Sequence record: SRR22947727_3605 | Strand: one strand, 5' to 3' | Length of the DNA: 46,537 nt | Shown here: positions 27,225 to 37,527 of the stretch, in pieces | Numbering within the stretch: position 1 is the stretch's first letter | Layout: every line of letters starts with the position of its first letter | Notes under the pieces: generated by a model | Database searches by the model: none | The model's input: only the letters and a program-made list of their open reading frames with translations | Told to the model about the DNA's origin: nothing | Made by a program: the position numbers and the translations under genes

Positions 27225-28316
27225 GTGGCCTCCCTCGATGACCTTCCCCTGCGCGATGACTTGCGCGGGAAGAAGGCTTATGGGGCTCCCATGGTCCCTG
27301 TTCGCTATGCCCTCAACGTCAACGAGAACACACACCCCGTCCCTGACTCGGTACGCTCGGCCATTCTCGAGTCGCTGGGACACGCGCTAGAGAACATCAA
27401 CCGTTATCCCGATCGTGAATTCACCGAACTTCGGGAATCGCTAGCAACCTATGCATCAGAGTCGCACCAGGGTGAGGCAATCACCCCCGACATGGTGTGG
27501 GCGGCCAATGGCTCCAACGAAGTGTTGCAACATGTTCTCCAGGCCTTCGGAGGGCCGGGTCGCTCCCTCCTAGGCTTTCCTCCGACCTATTCGATGCACC
27601 CGATCATTGCTGAGTCCACCGGAACGACCTGGATTCCTGGGCGCCGGAACGAGGATTTCACGCTCTCGACCGAGAGTGTGGTTGCTGATATCGAGACTCA
27701 CCACCCCGATCTGGTGTTTTTCTGTGCTCCAAATAACCCCACGGGGACACCGGTCTCTGTGGACACCATTGCGGCTGCCTATGACGCTACGTCGGGCGTT
27801 GTTCTCGTTGATGAGGCCTATGTTGAGTTCCTTCCCGAGGGAACCCTGACTGCCTCGCAGCTCCTTCCCGGGCGCGAGCGACTCGTGGTATCTCGGACCA
27901 TGTCGAAAGCTTTCGCTTTTGCTGGTGCGCGGGTCGGCTATCTCCTCGCAGACCCCGCGGCGATCGATGCGATGCGCCTGGTGAGGCTTCCGTATCACCT
28001 CTCAGCCCTGACCCAAGCTGCAGCAGTCGCGGCACTGGCGCACCGGGCCACGATGCTCACGATGGTGGCGGACATTCGAGCACAGCGTGACCGGCTTTTG
28101 GCCGAACTTCCCAAGCTTGGGTATCCGGTTGCCTATTCCGAGGCCAACTTTGTTCTCTTTGGAGGAGTGGCTGATCCTCACGCCACTTTTGAGAGCTTGC
28201 TGGAGCACGACATTTTGGTGCGCGACGTGGGCATTCCCCATCACTTGAGGGTGACGGCAGGGACAACCGAGGAGACCAGTTACTTCTTGGAGACCCTGGC
28301 TAAACTGAGCGCGTGA
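27225..28316 (+). CDS. hisC: Histidinol-phosphate aminotransferase
   Basis: [42 protein letters not shown]. Confidence 0.96.
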   Translation: MASLDDLPLRDDLRGKKAYGAPMVPVRYALNVNENTHPVPDSVRSAILESLGHALENINRYPDREFTELRESLATYASESHQGEAITPDMVWAANGSNEVLQHVLQAFGGPGRSLLGFPPTYSMHPIIAESTGTTWIPGRRNEDFTLSTESVVADIETHHPDLVFFCAPNNPTGTPVSVDTIAAAYDATSGVVLVDEAYVEFLPEGTLTASQLLPGRERLVVSRTMSKAFAFAGARVGYLLADPAAIDAMRLVRLPYHLSALTQAAAVAALAHRATMLTMVADIRAQRDRLLAELPKLGYPVAYSEANFVLFGGVADPHATFESLLEHDILVRDVGIPHHLRVTAGTTEETSYFLETLAKLSA

Positions 28317-28921
28317 GTCCAACACCCCGCACAGCACATAAAGAACGCTCCACGTCAGAGTCGAGCGTGAAACTGTCCCTCAATCTTGATGGGACAGGGT
28401 CCTCGAAAATCTCGACGACCGTGCCCTTTTATGACCACATGTTGACTGCTCTGTCGAAGCACTCCCTGATTGACCTGGAGATTGAGGCGTCGGGAGACAC
28501 CGACATCGACGTCCACCACACTGTGGAGGACACCGCGATCGTTTTGGGACAAGCCATTTTGGAAGCACTGGGTGACAAGAAAGGCATCGCCCGATTCGGT
28601 GACGCTCTCGTTCCCCTCGATGACGCACTCGCACGAGCCGTGGTGGATGTGTCGGGTCGTCCCTACCTAGTGCACACCGGTGAACCGGAGGGTTTTGAAT
28701 ATCACGCCATCGGCGGCCACTTCACCGGGTCACTTGTTCGTCATGTCTTTGAAGCCATCACGATGCACGCTGACTTGACGGTGCACATCACTGTGTTGGA
28801 TGGAAGGGACCCCCACCACATTGCCGAGGCCGAATTCAAAGCCTTTGCGAGAGCTTTGCGCCAGGCAGTGGCGAGGGACACACGCGTCGAGGGTGTTCCC
28901 TCCACCAAGGGCGCTCTCTAG
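28313..28921 (+). CDS. hisB: Imidazoleglycerol-phosphate dehydratase
   Basis: [33 protein letters not shown]. Confidence 0.97.
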   Translation: MSPTPRTAHKERSTSESSVKLSLNLDGTGSSKISTTVPFYDHMLTALSKHSLIDLEIEASGDTDIDVHHTVEDTAIVLGQAILEALGDKKGIARFGDALVPLDDALARAVVDVSGRPYLVHTGEPEGFEYHAIGGHFTGSLVRHVFEAITMHADLTVHITVLDGRDPHHIAEAEFKAFARALRQAVARDTRVEGVPSTKGAL

Positions 28922-28923
28922 TC

Positions 28924-29553
28924 GTGGCGAAAAAAGTCGTTGTCTTTGATTACGGGTCGGGCAACGTCCATTCGGCAGTAAAGGCTCTGGAGCACGCGGG
29001 TGCAACGGTCACGTTAACCAGAGACCGCGCCACCGCTCTCGCGGCGGACGGTCTTGTGGTTCCCGGCGTCGGAGCTTTTCAAGCGGTTATGAAAGCCCTC
29101 GTCGAGGCTGGCGGAGATCAGATTATTGACAGCCGCCTTGCGGGAGGCAAAGCGGTGCTGGGTATTTGTGTCGGCCTTCAGGTGATGTTTGAGACAGGTT
29201 TCGAGCACGGAGTCGAGACCGAGGGGCTTGGTCAATGGCCAGGGGTTGTCGAGAAGCTAGAAGCGCCGAGGCTTCCCCACATGGGGTGGAACACCGTCGA
29301 GGTTCCCCCAGAAAGCACGCTCTTTCGAGGCGTCGAGAATGAGCGCTTCTACTTCGTGCACTCCTATGCTGCGACGAGATTTGAGCTCGAAGGTGGTGGA
29401 CCGTTTGCGGCCCCGCTGGTCACGTGGTCTGAACATGGCCAGCGTTTCGTCGCTGCTGTGGAGAACGGCCCGCTGAGTGCCACGCAGTTTCACCCCGAAA
29501 AGTCGGGCCCTGCTGGCCTTGCACTGCTCACGAACTGGGTTGATTCGCTCTAG
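28924..29553 (+). CDS. hisH: IGP synthase glutamine amidotransferase subunit
   Basis: [37 protein letters not shown]. Confidence 0.97.
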   Translation: MAKKVVVFDYGSGNVHSAVKALEHAGATVTLTRDRATALAADGLVVPGVGAFQAVMKALVEAGGDQIIDSRLAGGKAVLGICVGLQVMFETGFEHGVETEGLGQWPGVVEKLEAPRLPHMGWNTVEVPPESTLFRGVENERFYFVHSYAATRFELEGGGPFAAPLVTWSEHGQRFVAAVENGPLSATQFHPEKSGPAGLALLTNWVDSL

Positions 29554-29663
29554 CCCCAATCCCCGCGCACCGAGGGTTCATAAACCGGAGTAGTATCTCT
29601 TTCTTGTGCCACCAATGGCACAACTTTCATACATCACCAGAAGGTTTTGTCCTCACTTTTCTT

Positions 29664-30413
29664 ATGAACGAGTTCTCTCAATCTCCCAAGTTGATCCTGT
29701 TGCCCGCCGTTGATGTTTCCGGCGGGAAAGCTGTCCGACTCACTCAAGGCGAATCCGGAACCGAGACGTCCTACGGCGACCCGGTCGAGGCTGCCGAAGA
29801 GTGGATGAAGCAAGGTGCCGAATGGTTGCATCTCGTGGACCTCGACGCAGCTTTTGGCAGAGGTGATAACCGAGCCGTCATTCGCAAGGTCGTGAAAGCC
29901 GTCGGCAAGAAAGTCAATGTTGAACTTTCGGGCGGCATTCGAGACGACGAGTCTTTGGAGAACGCTCTCTCGACCGGCGCCGTTCGTGTGAACCTCGGCA
30001 CGGCAGCTCTCGAGAACCCCGAATGGACCGCACACGTCATCTCTGAATACGGCGAAGCGATTGCCATTGGGTTGGATGTTAGAGGAGAAACCTTGGCAGC
30101 TCGGGGGTGGACGAAAGAGGGGGGAAACCTCTTTGACACCCTTGATCGACTCAACGAGTGCGGGTGTGCCCGGTATGTCGTGACCGATGTCACCAAAGAC
30201 GGAACTATGCGCGGCCCCAACGTTGAGCTCCTCTCCGACGTTCTTTCCCAGACGGATCACCCCGTGATTGCGTCCGGAGGAATCTCCTCTCTCGATGACA
30301 TTGCGGCATTGCGCGAGTTGGTTCCTCAGGGACTGGAGGGTGCGATCCTCGGAAAGGCCCTCTACGCGGGAGCTTTCACGCTCACCGAGGCCCTGGATGT
30401 CGCCGGCCGCTGA
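29664..30413 (+). CDS. priA: Phosphoribosyl isomerase A (bifunctional HisA/TrpF)
   Basis: [36 protein letters not shown]; start ATG 29664 assumed (an in-frame TTG exists at 29604). Confidence 0.93.
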   Translation: MNEFSQSPKLILLPAVDVSGGKAVRLTQGESGTETSYGDPVEAAEEWMKQGAEWLHLVDLDAAFGRGDNRAVIRKVVKAVGKKVNVELSGGIRDDESLENALSTGAVRVNLGTAALENPEWTAHVISEYGEAIAIGLDVRGETLAARGWTKEGGNLFDTLDRLNECGCARYVVTDVTKDGTMRGPNVELLSDVLSQTDHPVIASGGISSLDDIAALRELVPQGLEGAILGKALYAGAFTLTEALDVAGR

Positions 30414-31182
30414 TTCGGCTGGCCAGCCCTTTGAGGGCAGGTCTTTTGAACCCAATCCCTTTCAGGGGGACACCGGTGAGGCTGATCCCTCACTTGCTGT
30501 CGCACTAGAGAGTTTCCAGGCTGCACGATCTGGCTCGAGCCCGGAGGACATCGACGGTGCCTTCGATGAAGTGATTCGTTCCCTCCACTCTGCTCGGCTG
30601 CTGGTTCCGCTCATTGCGGAGGCTGGTGACTATGGCGTGACCGATGAGGGAAAGGTGGTGGAGAAATCTCAAGAGCTCTCTATCGTCCACGTCGAAGGCC
30701 CCGATGGCCGAGGGGTTGCCCCCTTCTTCAGCTCGGTTCAGGCGATGAGCGTGTGGAATCCCGCAGCGAGGCCCGTTCCTGTTGAGGCGAGCAGGGCGGC
30801 GCTCGCCACAGCATCAGAGGGGTTAGCGCTGATGGTTCTTGATCCGGGTTCGGATCATTCCGTTGTCCTTCGTCGCAGCGCCCTGCAGGCGGTGGCGACC
30901 GGAGAACCCTATGTATCGCCCCTGAGCGATGAGGTAGTGCGAGAAGCGCTCCAAGCGGGATGGGAGCCTCACCGCGACGCAGTCGTGTCCTTCACGGTGC
31001 ATTCCGGGGATATCTCCCGCACCCTCAGCGGTCCCGAGGTTGTGGTGTCGCTCGCTCTCGTTCCCGGGCTCAGCCAAGAAGTGCTTACGAACGTGCTGGG
31101 AGAAATCTCCGCATCCTGGACAGCGAACGCGCTCCTGCAAGCCCGGGTGGATGGGCTTGGTATCAAAGTGGTCCAGGGCTAG
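30397..31182 (+). CDS. SseB family protein
   Basis: [33 protein letters not shown]; usual position after priA. Confidence 0.85.
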   Translation: MSPAADSAGQPFEGRSFEPNPFQGDTGEADPSLAVALESFQAARSGSSPEDIDGAFDEVIRSLHSARLLVPLIAEAGDYGVTDEGKVVEKSQELSIVHVEGPDGRGVAPFFSSVQAMSVWNPAARPVPVEASRAALATASEGLALMVLDPGSDHSVVLRRSALQAVATGEPYVSPLSDEVVREALQAGWEPHRDAVVSFTVHSGDISRTLSGPEVVVSLALVPGLSQEVLTNVLGEISASWTANALLQARVDGLGIKVVQG

Positions 31183-31517
31183 TTGACTGGTCCGGTGTAT
31201 TTCTCGCCGGGTCCCTGACCGGGTGCATCGGGGAAGGTCGAGGCCTCCCGAAAGGCCAACTGGACGGAGCGCAGACCATCGCGCAGGCTCCTCGCGTGAT
31301 GATCCCCAATCTCGGGTGCTGCCGCGGTCACCAGGCCGGCGAGTGCGGTGATCAGTTTCCTGGCCTCGGCGAGGTCGGTCTCTTCTTCGGGATTATCGGA
31401 GAGTCCGCACTTCACAGCGGCCGCGGAGAGCAGGTGCACGGCAACGGTGGTGATGACCTCCACGGCCGCCACCTCGGCGATATCGCGGCTCAGTTCATCG
31501 AGGGGTTCGGTATCCAC
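31179..31517 (-). CDS. DUF1844 family protein
   Basis: RDIAEVAAVEVI...DLAEARKLITALAGL...LQLAF-like motif; divergent from infC. Confidence 0.85.
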   Translation of the reverse strand: MDTEPLDELSRDIAEVAAVEVITTVAVHLLSAAAVKCGLSDNPEEETDLAEARKLITALAGLVTAAAPEIGDHHARSLRDGLRSVQLAFREASTFPDAPGQGPGEKYTGPVN

Positions 31518-31559
31518 CAGGCTCCTAGTATTTTTCTCGCTAAGTCGGACAAAGACTGC

Positions 31560-31762
31560 TATTGTTCCAAAGGTTCACAACCCTCGGGTTGGGGACGTGC
31601 GAAGTGGAGAAACCTCCCACCCGCGTATGCCGCAAGGCTACCGGGTCGTTGTACTCCGTGATGTCTCAGGTCATCACAGCGTTAAGGGTGCGAGAGAGCC
31701 AGCGTGTTCTCTGAAGTTTCCTTCGCTCGCGTGAGTAACCGCTTAACGAAGGGAAGATTGGT
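31560..31762 (+). promoter_or_regulatory. Promoter and structured leader of infC-rpmI-rplT
   Basis: TGC-TATTGT extended -10 at 31560-31565; hairpins at 31578-31591, 31604-31620 and 31619-31646 (GCAA tetraloop). Confidence 0.5.
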
Positions 31763-32401
31763 ATCAGCGATCCCAGAATCAACGACCGTATTCGGGCAGC
31801 CGAGGTTCGCCTCGTGGGGCCCGAAGGGGAGCAGGTCGGAGTCGTGCGCATTGATGTTGCGCTGCGTCTAGCCCAAGAAGCTGACCTTGACCTAGTCGAG
31901 GTATCCCCGAACTCGAACCCGCCGGTGGTCAAAGTTATGGACTACGGAAAGTTCAAGTACGAGGCAGCTCAGAAGGCCAAAGAGGCTCGCAAGAATCAGG
32001 CGAACACGATCCTCAAAGAGGTTCGTTTCCGTTTGAAAATTGACACGCACGACTACGAGACCAAGCGCAAGCGGGCAGAAAGCTTTCTGAAAGCGGGCGA
32101 CAAGGTCAAAGCCATGATTCTGTTTAGAGGACGAGAGCAGTCTCGCCCCGAACAGGGTGTGCGCCTGTTGCAACGGTTCGCCGAGGATGTTGCGGAATTC
32201 GGAGTTGTGGAGTTCACCCCCATGATTGACGGTCGCAACATGGTCATGATCATCGCCCCTCTGAAGTCCAAAGCGGAAGCCAAGGCTGAAGCGGTGAAGA
32301 CGAGTAAGAAACCCCAGGTGAGTGAGCCAGCGGGAGAAGAAAAGCCCGCTGAGAAGCCCGCCGCAAAGACCACAACACAGAAGGAAGAAAACAATGCCTA
32401 A
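31763..32401 (+). CDS. infC: Translation initiation factor IF-3, non-canonical ATC start
   Basis: In-frame [19 protein letters not shown] upstream of the ORF-track start; [28 protein letters not shown]. Confidence 0.95.
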   Translation: MSDPRINDRIRAAEVRLVGPEGEQVGVVRIDVALRLAQEADLDLVEVSPNSNPPVVKVMDYGKFKYEAAQKAKEARKNQANTILKEVRFRLKIDTHDYETKRKRAESFLKAGDKVKAMILFRGREQSRPEQGVRLLQRFAEDVAEFGVVEFTPMIDGRNMVMIIAPLKSKAEAKAEAVKTSKKPQVSEPAGEEKPAEKPAAKTTTQKEENNA

Positions 32402-32588
32402 GCAGAAGAGCCATTCGGGAACGAAGAAGCGCTTCAAGGTCACTGGCTCCGGCAAAGTGATGAAGCAGGGCGCAGGTATGCGTCACAACCTGGAGAAGAA
32501 GTCGAGTCGTGTGACTCGTCGCCTCAACCAGGAGCAGGTGCTGGCTCCGGCTGACGCCAAGGTTGTCAAGAAGCTTCTCAACAAGTAG
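32394..32588 (+). CDS. rpmI: 50S ribosomal protein L35
   Basis: [21 protein letters not shown], 64 aa. Confidence 0.97.
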   Translation: MPKQKSHSGTKKRFKVTGSGKVMKQGAGMRHNLEKKSSRVTRRLNQEQVLAPADAKVVKKLLNK

Positions 32589-32612
32589 ACGTCATAGCGA
32601 AGGAAAAGAATC

Positions 32613-32999
32613 ATGGCACGTGTCAAGAATGCGGTTAACGCCGCCAAGAAGCGTCGAGTAGTCCTCGAGCGCGCACAGGGTTACCGCGGTCAGCGTTCGC
32701 GTCTGTACCGCAAGGCTAAAGAGCAGGTCATTCACTCGCTGGTTTACAGCTACCGTGACCGTCGTGCACGCAAGGGTGACTTCCGTCGCCTGTGGATCCA
32801 GCGTATTAACGCCGGAGCCCGTGCGAACGGCATGACCTACAACCGTTTCATCCAGGGTCTCAACCTCGCGGGAATCGAAGTTGACCGTCGCATGCTCGCG
32901 GAGCTCGCCACCAATGAGCCCACCGCGTTTGCCACCCTGGTCGAAGAAGCTAAGAAGGCTCTGCCGAAAGACACCTCGGCGCCTGCAGTCAAGGCCTAG
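32613..32999 (+). CDS. rplT: 50S ribosomal protein L20
   Basis: MARVK...[13 protein letters not shown]...[11 protein letters not shown]. Confidence 0.98.
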   Translation: MARVKNAVNAAKKRRVVLERAQGYRGQRSRLYRKAKEQVIHSLVYSYRDRRARKGDFRRLWIQRINAGARANGMTYNRFIQGLNLAGIEVDRRMLAELATNEPTAFATLVEEAKKALPKDTSAPAVKA

Positions 33000-33011
33000 G
33001 TCAGACGAATC

Positions 33012-33040
33012 AGGGGGTCGCGCTTCGCGCGGCCCCCTTT
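33012..33040 (+). terminator. Intrinsic terminator after rplT
   Basis: AGGGGGTCGCGC-TTC-GCGCGGCCCCCT followed by a short T tract. Confidence 0.75.
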
Positions 33041-33106
33041 CGCATTCACGGCAGTTGTTTAGCGAGTCTTCACCTTCTGGTCGATTGCCCCTCATACTGT
33101 TGACAC

Positions 33107-33907
33107 GTGTTAGACAATCCCCGCTCACCCAGAGTTCGTGCGGTGGCAAAGCTTTCGAAAAAGCAACGCCGTCAAGAGGCGCGACTTTTTCTGGTCGAAG
33201 GACCACAGGCCACCCGTGAAGCCCTGACCTTTCGCCCGGAGCTGGTGGAGGACATCTTCCTCACTTCTGCCTCACAGGAGCGAAACCCTGATCTGGTCGA
33301 GTTGGCGGAGAACGCAGGCTGTGAGCTGACTATTGCCTCCGAGGCCGTGATCGATCACATGGCGGATACGGTGACACCGCAGGGTGTCGTTGCGGTTGCC
33401 CGCTACCTAGAGGTGTCCCTTGACCAGGTGGTTTCTGCCAATCCCACACATCTCGTGGTGCTCCATCAGGTGAAAGACCCCGGGAACGTGGGGAACATTA
33501 TTCGCACGGCGGATGCTGCGGGAGCGGACGCGGTGATTGTCACGGCGGAGAGCGTGGATGTCTTCAACCCGAAGGTCGTCAGAGCCACAACGGGAAGCTT
33601 GTTCCACATTCCTGTGGTTACCGGCGTTGATCTTGGGTCCACCATCGACGCCTTGAAAGCGTCGGGGGTGACCATTTTCGCGGCGGACGCGCAGGGAGAA
33701 AACCTTGGTCAAGTTCGGTCGCAGGGAGGTCTCGACTCTCCTCTGGCCTGGTTACTGGGTAACGAGGCCCACGGGCTTTCGGCGGAAGATGAGTTGCTCG
33801 CCGATTCGACGGTGTCCGTGCCGATGTTTGGTCAGGCCGAATCGTTAAGCCTCCAGACCGCTGCCGCTATCTGTATTTACGAGGCGGCATTTGCTAAGAA
33901 CTCCTGA
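33107..33907 (+). CDS. TrmH/SpoU family RNA methyltransferase
   Basis: FLVEG, TVTPQGV, DPGNVGNIIRTADAAG, GNEAHGL, AESLSL. Confidence 0.93.
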   Translation: MLDNPRSPRVRAVAKLSKKQRRQEARLFLVEGPQATREALTFRPELVEDIFLTSASQERNPDLVELAENAGCELTIASEAVIDHMADTVTPQGVVAVARYLEVSLDQVVSANPTHLVVLHQVKDPGNVGNIIRTADAAGADAVIVTAESVDVFNPKVVRATTGSLFHIPVVTGVDLGSTIDALKASGVTIFAADAQGENLGQVRSQGGLDSPLAWLLGNEAHGLSAEDELLADSTVSVPMFGQAESLSLQTAAAICIYEAAFAKNS

Positions 33908-33940
33908 TCCGGGCGATCATGCCCAGTAGACTGGGCGCTC

Positions 33941-34981
33941 GTGTCAGAGTCTCTCTCCATCACTCCCGATAACGCCGAGAAGGCCGTCCAGGACGCCCTC
34001 GGCGCCATCGCTGGTGCCACGACACTGGCGGAGCTCAAAGAGGTTCGAAGCGCTCACGTGGGAGAGAAATCAGTTCTCTCACAGATGAACTCGACTCTGA
34101 AAGATCTCCCGGGCGATCAAAAAGCTGCCGCGGGAAAGCTGATGGGGGAGTCCAAAGCGGCTGTTCAGCAAGCGTTCGAAGCGAAAGAGGCAGAACTTCA
34201 CGCCGCAGAAGAAGCCTCCAGGCTTCAGGAAGAAGCTCTGGATTTGACCTCTCTAGGTGCCAGGCGACCGACAGGTGCGAGACACCCCCTGAGTGTCTTG
34301 ATGGAGGATATGGCTGATGTCTTCGTGGCCATGGGATGGGAAATCGCCGAGGGGCCCGAAGTTGAACACGAATGGTTCAACTTTGATGCTCTGAACTTCG
34401 ATGCCGACCACCCCGCACGCGCCATGCAGGACACTTTCTTTGTTGACCCAGTCGATCGTCACCTGTTGCTGCGCACGCACACCAGTCCTGTGCAGATTCG
34501 CTCGTTGTTGGAGCGTGAGCTTCCGGTCTACGTCGTCGCGCCGGGCCGGGTCTATCGCACCGACGAACTCGACGCCACCCACACTCCGGTGTTCCACCAA
34601 ATCGAGGGGATCGCCATCGACAAGGGCCTCACGATGGCTCATCTGAGGGGAACCCTCGAGCATCTCGCGCGGGCAATGTTTGGCCCAGACGCGAAAATTC
34701 GACTTCGGGCAAACTACTTCCCCTTCACGGAGCCCAGCGCCGAACTTGATATCTGGCACCCCACCTTTGTCGGGGGAGCCCGGTGGATTGAATGGGGAGG
34801 CTGCGGGATGGTGAACCCCAACGTTTTGCGCGCTGCAGGAATCGACCCCGATGTCTACCAAGGGTTCGCTTTTGGTATGGGAATCGAGCGGACTTTGATG
34901 TTCCGCAATAACGTCGCGGACATGCGGGACATGGTCGAAGGCGATATCCGCTTCTCCTCACAGTTTGGGATGGTCGTCTGA
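33941..34981 (+). CDS. pheS: Phenylalanine-tRNA ligase alpha subunit
   Basis: HPARAMQDTF, LRTHTSPVQ, THTPVFHQIEG, FPFTEPS, GFAFGMGIER. Confidence 0.98.
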   Translation: MSESLSITPDNAEKAVQDALGAIAGATTLAELKEVRSAHVGEKSVLSQMNSTLKDLPGDQKAAAGKLMGESKAAVQQAFEAKEAELHAAEEASRLQEEALDLTSLGARRPTGARHPLSVLMEDMADVFVAMGWEIAEGPEVEHEWFNFDALNFDADHPARAMQDTFFVDPVDRHLLLRTHTSPVQIRSLLERELPVYVVAPGRVYRTDELDATHTPVFHQIEGIAIDKGLTMAHLRGTLEHLARAMFGPDAKIRLRANYFPFTEPSAELDIWHPTFVGGARWIEWGGCGMVNPNVLRAAGIDPDVYQGFAFGMGIERTLMFRNNVADMRDMVEGDIRFSSQFGMVV

Positions 34982-37485
34982 TGCGGGTCCCTCTGTCATG
35001 GCTTGCTGAGTATGTCGAGCTGCCCACGGATGTCACCCCGGAGAGCGTGCACGAATCTTTGGTGTCTATTGGCTTGGAAGAAGAAGACATTCACTCCTTC
35101 GAGGTCAGTGGTCCCATCGTGGTCGGTGAGGTGTTGGAGTTCGTCGAAGAGCCCCAGTCCAATGGCAAGACCATTCGGTGGTGTCAGGTCAAGGTCGCCG
35201 AGAGCGACGCTCCCGATAGCCCTGCTGTCCGCGGGATTGTCTGTGGAGCATCCAACTTTGAGGCGGGGGATCTGGTCGTCGTGTCCCTGCCGGGCGCCGT
35301 GCTACCGGGTCCGTTCCCTATTTCTGCGCGGAAAACGTATGGTCACACCTCGGATGGGATGATTGCCTCCGCCAAAGAGTTGGGTCTTGGCGAAGACCAC
35401 TCGGGAATCCTTCGACTTGCGACACTGGGCCTCGATGTCCCCGTGGGGACTAATGCCATCACCCTTCTGGGACTCGATGACGTCGCCGTCGAGGTCAATG
35501 TCACCCCCGATCGCGGTTATGCATTGTCGCTTCGAGGGATTGCGCGGGAATACCACCACGCCACCGGAGCCACTTTCACAGACCCTCGGGATTTGGTCAG
35601 CCCTGGAGTGGGGAGTGGTTTCCCGGTCAGCATCGAGGACTCGGCACCGCTTCGCGGGGTTGAGGGGTGCCAGGTTTTCATGACGCGAGCAGTCGAGGGC
35701 GTCAACCCTCTCGCGCCCACTCCCGCTTTTATGGTGGCCAGGCTGGCGCTTGCCGGAATGCGCTCAATCTCGCTTCCTGTTGACATCACCAACTACGTGA
35801 TGCTGGAGATGGGGCAACCCATCCACGCCTACGATCTGGACACCCTCTCCGGCGGTATCACTGTTCGCCGCGCGACACCTGGTGAAAAACTCGTCACGCT
35901 GGATGACGTCACGAGAGACCTCGACTCCGAAGACCTGCTGATTACCGATGAAAGTGGTCCTATTGGGCTTGCGGGAGTAATGGGTGGTGCTTCCACCGAA
36001 ATTTCTGACTCCACCACCAGGGTGCTGGTGGAAGCGGCTTGGTTTGATCCGGTATCCATCGCCCGCACTCAGCGACGTCACAAGCTACCCAGCGAAGCGT
36101 CCAAGCGCTTTGCCCGGGGAGTTGATCCGCTGGTTGCCGAAGCTGCAGCGGAGAGAGTCGTGGAGTTGCTCGAGCGCTACGCAGGGGGAACCAGGTCAGA
36201 ACTGGGCTCTCGCGTGATGGCCGAAGGCGCCGGGGTCATGCCGAGTATCACCCTCGCTCACAACGCGGTCGCTGTGTTGGCCGGTATCGAGGTCACCCCG
36301 TCCCAGACGGAAGACATCCTCCGGGACATTGGCGCGAGCGTGACGATCGCCACCGATAGCTTTACCGTGATTCCTCCCTCGTGGCGACCCGATCTGGTGG
36401 ATTCTCCAGGACTTGTGGAGGAAGTCGCCCGCATTGTGGGCTATGACAAGGTTCCTTCTGAGTTGCCCATTGCTCCCGCCGGTCGTGGCCTCAGCCCCCA
36501 GCAAGCGGCAAAGCGGCGGGTATCGCATTCTCTTGCGGCGTGGGGGCTGACCGAAGTCTTGTCGTATCCCTTCGTCTCCGAACACGACAACATCACTTTT
36601 GGAGACACAGGCCAGCCCGGTGTTGCGCTGGAAAACGCTCTGGACTCGCTCGTGAATCGCATGCGGGCGTCGCTGATCCCGGGCCTTCTCGGTGTTGCCC
36701 ACCGAAACGTGTCTCGAGGTTTCACCTCTCTCGCGCTTTTTGAGACTGGTCTAGTTTTCGTGCCGGGGAAGGACCTGGGAACTCCAGGAATTCCCGAGGG
36801 CGCGCGAAAGCCCGACGAGGCAACACTGGCGGAGCTCTACTCGTCAGTGCCCGAGCAACCCTGGTGCGTGGCGGGGTTGTTTGTGGGTCCCTCCATCGAG
36901 AAGTCTCCAGGAGTTCGGGAACACCAGAGCGACGTTCGCGATGCTCTGGATGCCGTGCGGGTAACACTCGAGGCGCTGAGCGCCCCCTACGAGGTTCGCC
37001 AGGATACTCACTCTGCTTTCCACCCCGGTCGTTTCGGTCGCATTGTGGTCAAGGGCATCGAGGTCGGTCGAGTAGGTGAACTGTTGCCCTCACTCGCACT
37101 GGAGCGCGATGTTCCGGCCAGAGTCTCGGTATTCGAACTTGATGGTGATGCTGTTCTGGCCGCTATGGGGACCACTCCTCACACTGCCCACGCGCTCTCT
37201 GTTTTCCCTGCCGCAACCCAAGACGTGTCACTCGTGGTGGACGCGTCACTTTCGGCCGCTGAGCTTCGAGCGACCCTCGTGGAGGGCATGGGGGAGCTAC
37301 TCGAGTCACTCGATGTTGTCGATGACTATCGAGGTGATGGGGTTGCCCCGGGTATGAAGTCGCTCACCTTCGCAGTGCGTTTCCGCGCTGCTGATCGCAC
37401 TCTGACCCAGGCGGAGGCCACGGAAGCAAAAGAAGCGGGAGTGGCTCTCGCTGCATCCCGCCACAGCGCTACGTTGCGGGCCTAG
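34981..37485 (+). CDS. pheT: Phenylalanine-tRNA ligase beta subunit
   Basis: MRVPLSWL, IVCGASN, VTPDRGY, GQPIHAYD, PSWRPDL, FRAADRTLT. Confidence 0.98.
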   Translation: MRVPLSWLAEYVELPTDVTPESVHESLVSIGLEEEDIHSFEVSGPIVVGEVLEFVEEPQSNGKTIRWCQVKVAESDAPDSPAVRGIVCGASNFEAGDLVVVSLPGAVLPGPFPISARKTYGHTSDGMIASAKELGLGEDHSGILRLATLGLDVPVGTNAITLLGLDDVAVEVNVTPDRGYALSLRGIAREYHHATGATFTDPRDLVSPGVGSGFPVSIEDSAPLRGVEGCQVFMTRAVEGVNPLAPTPAFMVARLALAGMRSISLPVDITNYVMLEMGQPIHAYDLDTLSGGITVRRATPGEKLVTLDDVTRDLDSEDLLITDESGPIGLAGVMGGASTEISDSTTRVLVEAAWFDPVSIARTQRRHKLPSEASKRFARGVDPLVAEAAAERVVELLERYAGGTRSELGSRVMAEGAGVMPSITLAHNAVAVLAGIEVTPSQTEDILRDIGASVTIATDSFTVIPPSWRPDLVDSPGLVEEVARIVGYDKVPSELPIAPAGRGLSPQQAAKRRVSHSLAAWGLTEVLSYPFVSEHDNITFGDTGQPGVALENALDSLVNRMRASLIPGLLGVAHRNVSRGFTSLALFETGLVFVPGKDLGTPGIPEGARKPDEATLAELYSSVPEQPWCVAGLFVGPSIEKSPGVREHQSDVRDALDAVRVTLEALSAPYEVRQDTHSAFHPGRFGRIVVKGIEVGRVGELLPSLALERDVPARVSVFELDGDAVLAAMGTTPHTAHALSVFPAATQDVSLVVDASLSAAELRATLVEGMGELLESLDVVDDYRGDGVAPGMKSLTFAVRFRAADRTLTQAEATEAKEAGVALAASRHSATLRA

Positions 37486-37527
37486 AGCCACTGTTCTGAC
37501 CTTCAATAACTGGTCTAAGGTTGTCCT

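Noticed and set aside
27225-30413. his cluster missing hisD, hisF, hisG, hisI and hisE
   Set aside because: his genes are normally split over several loci in Actinomycetota, so absence from this window says little
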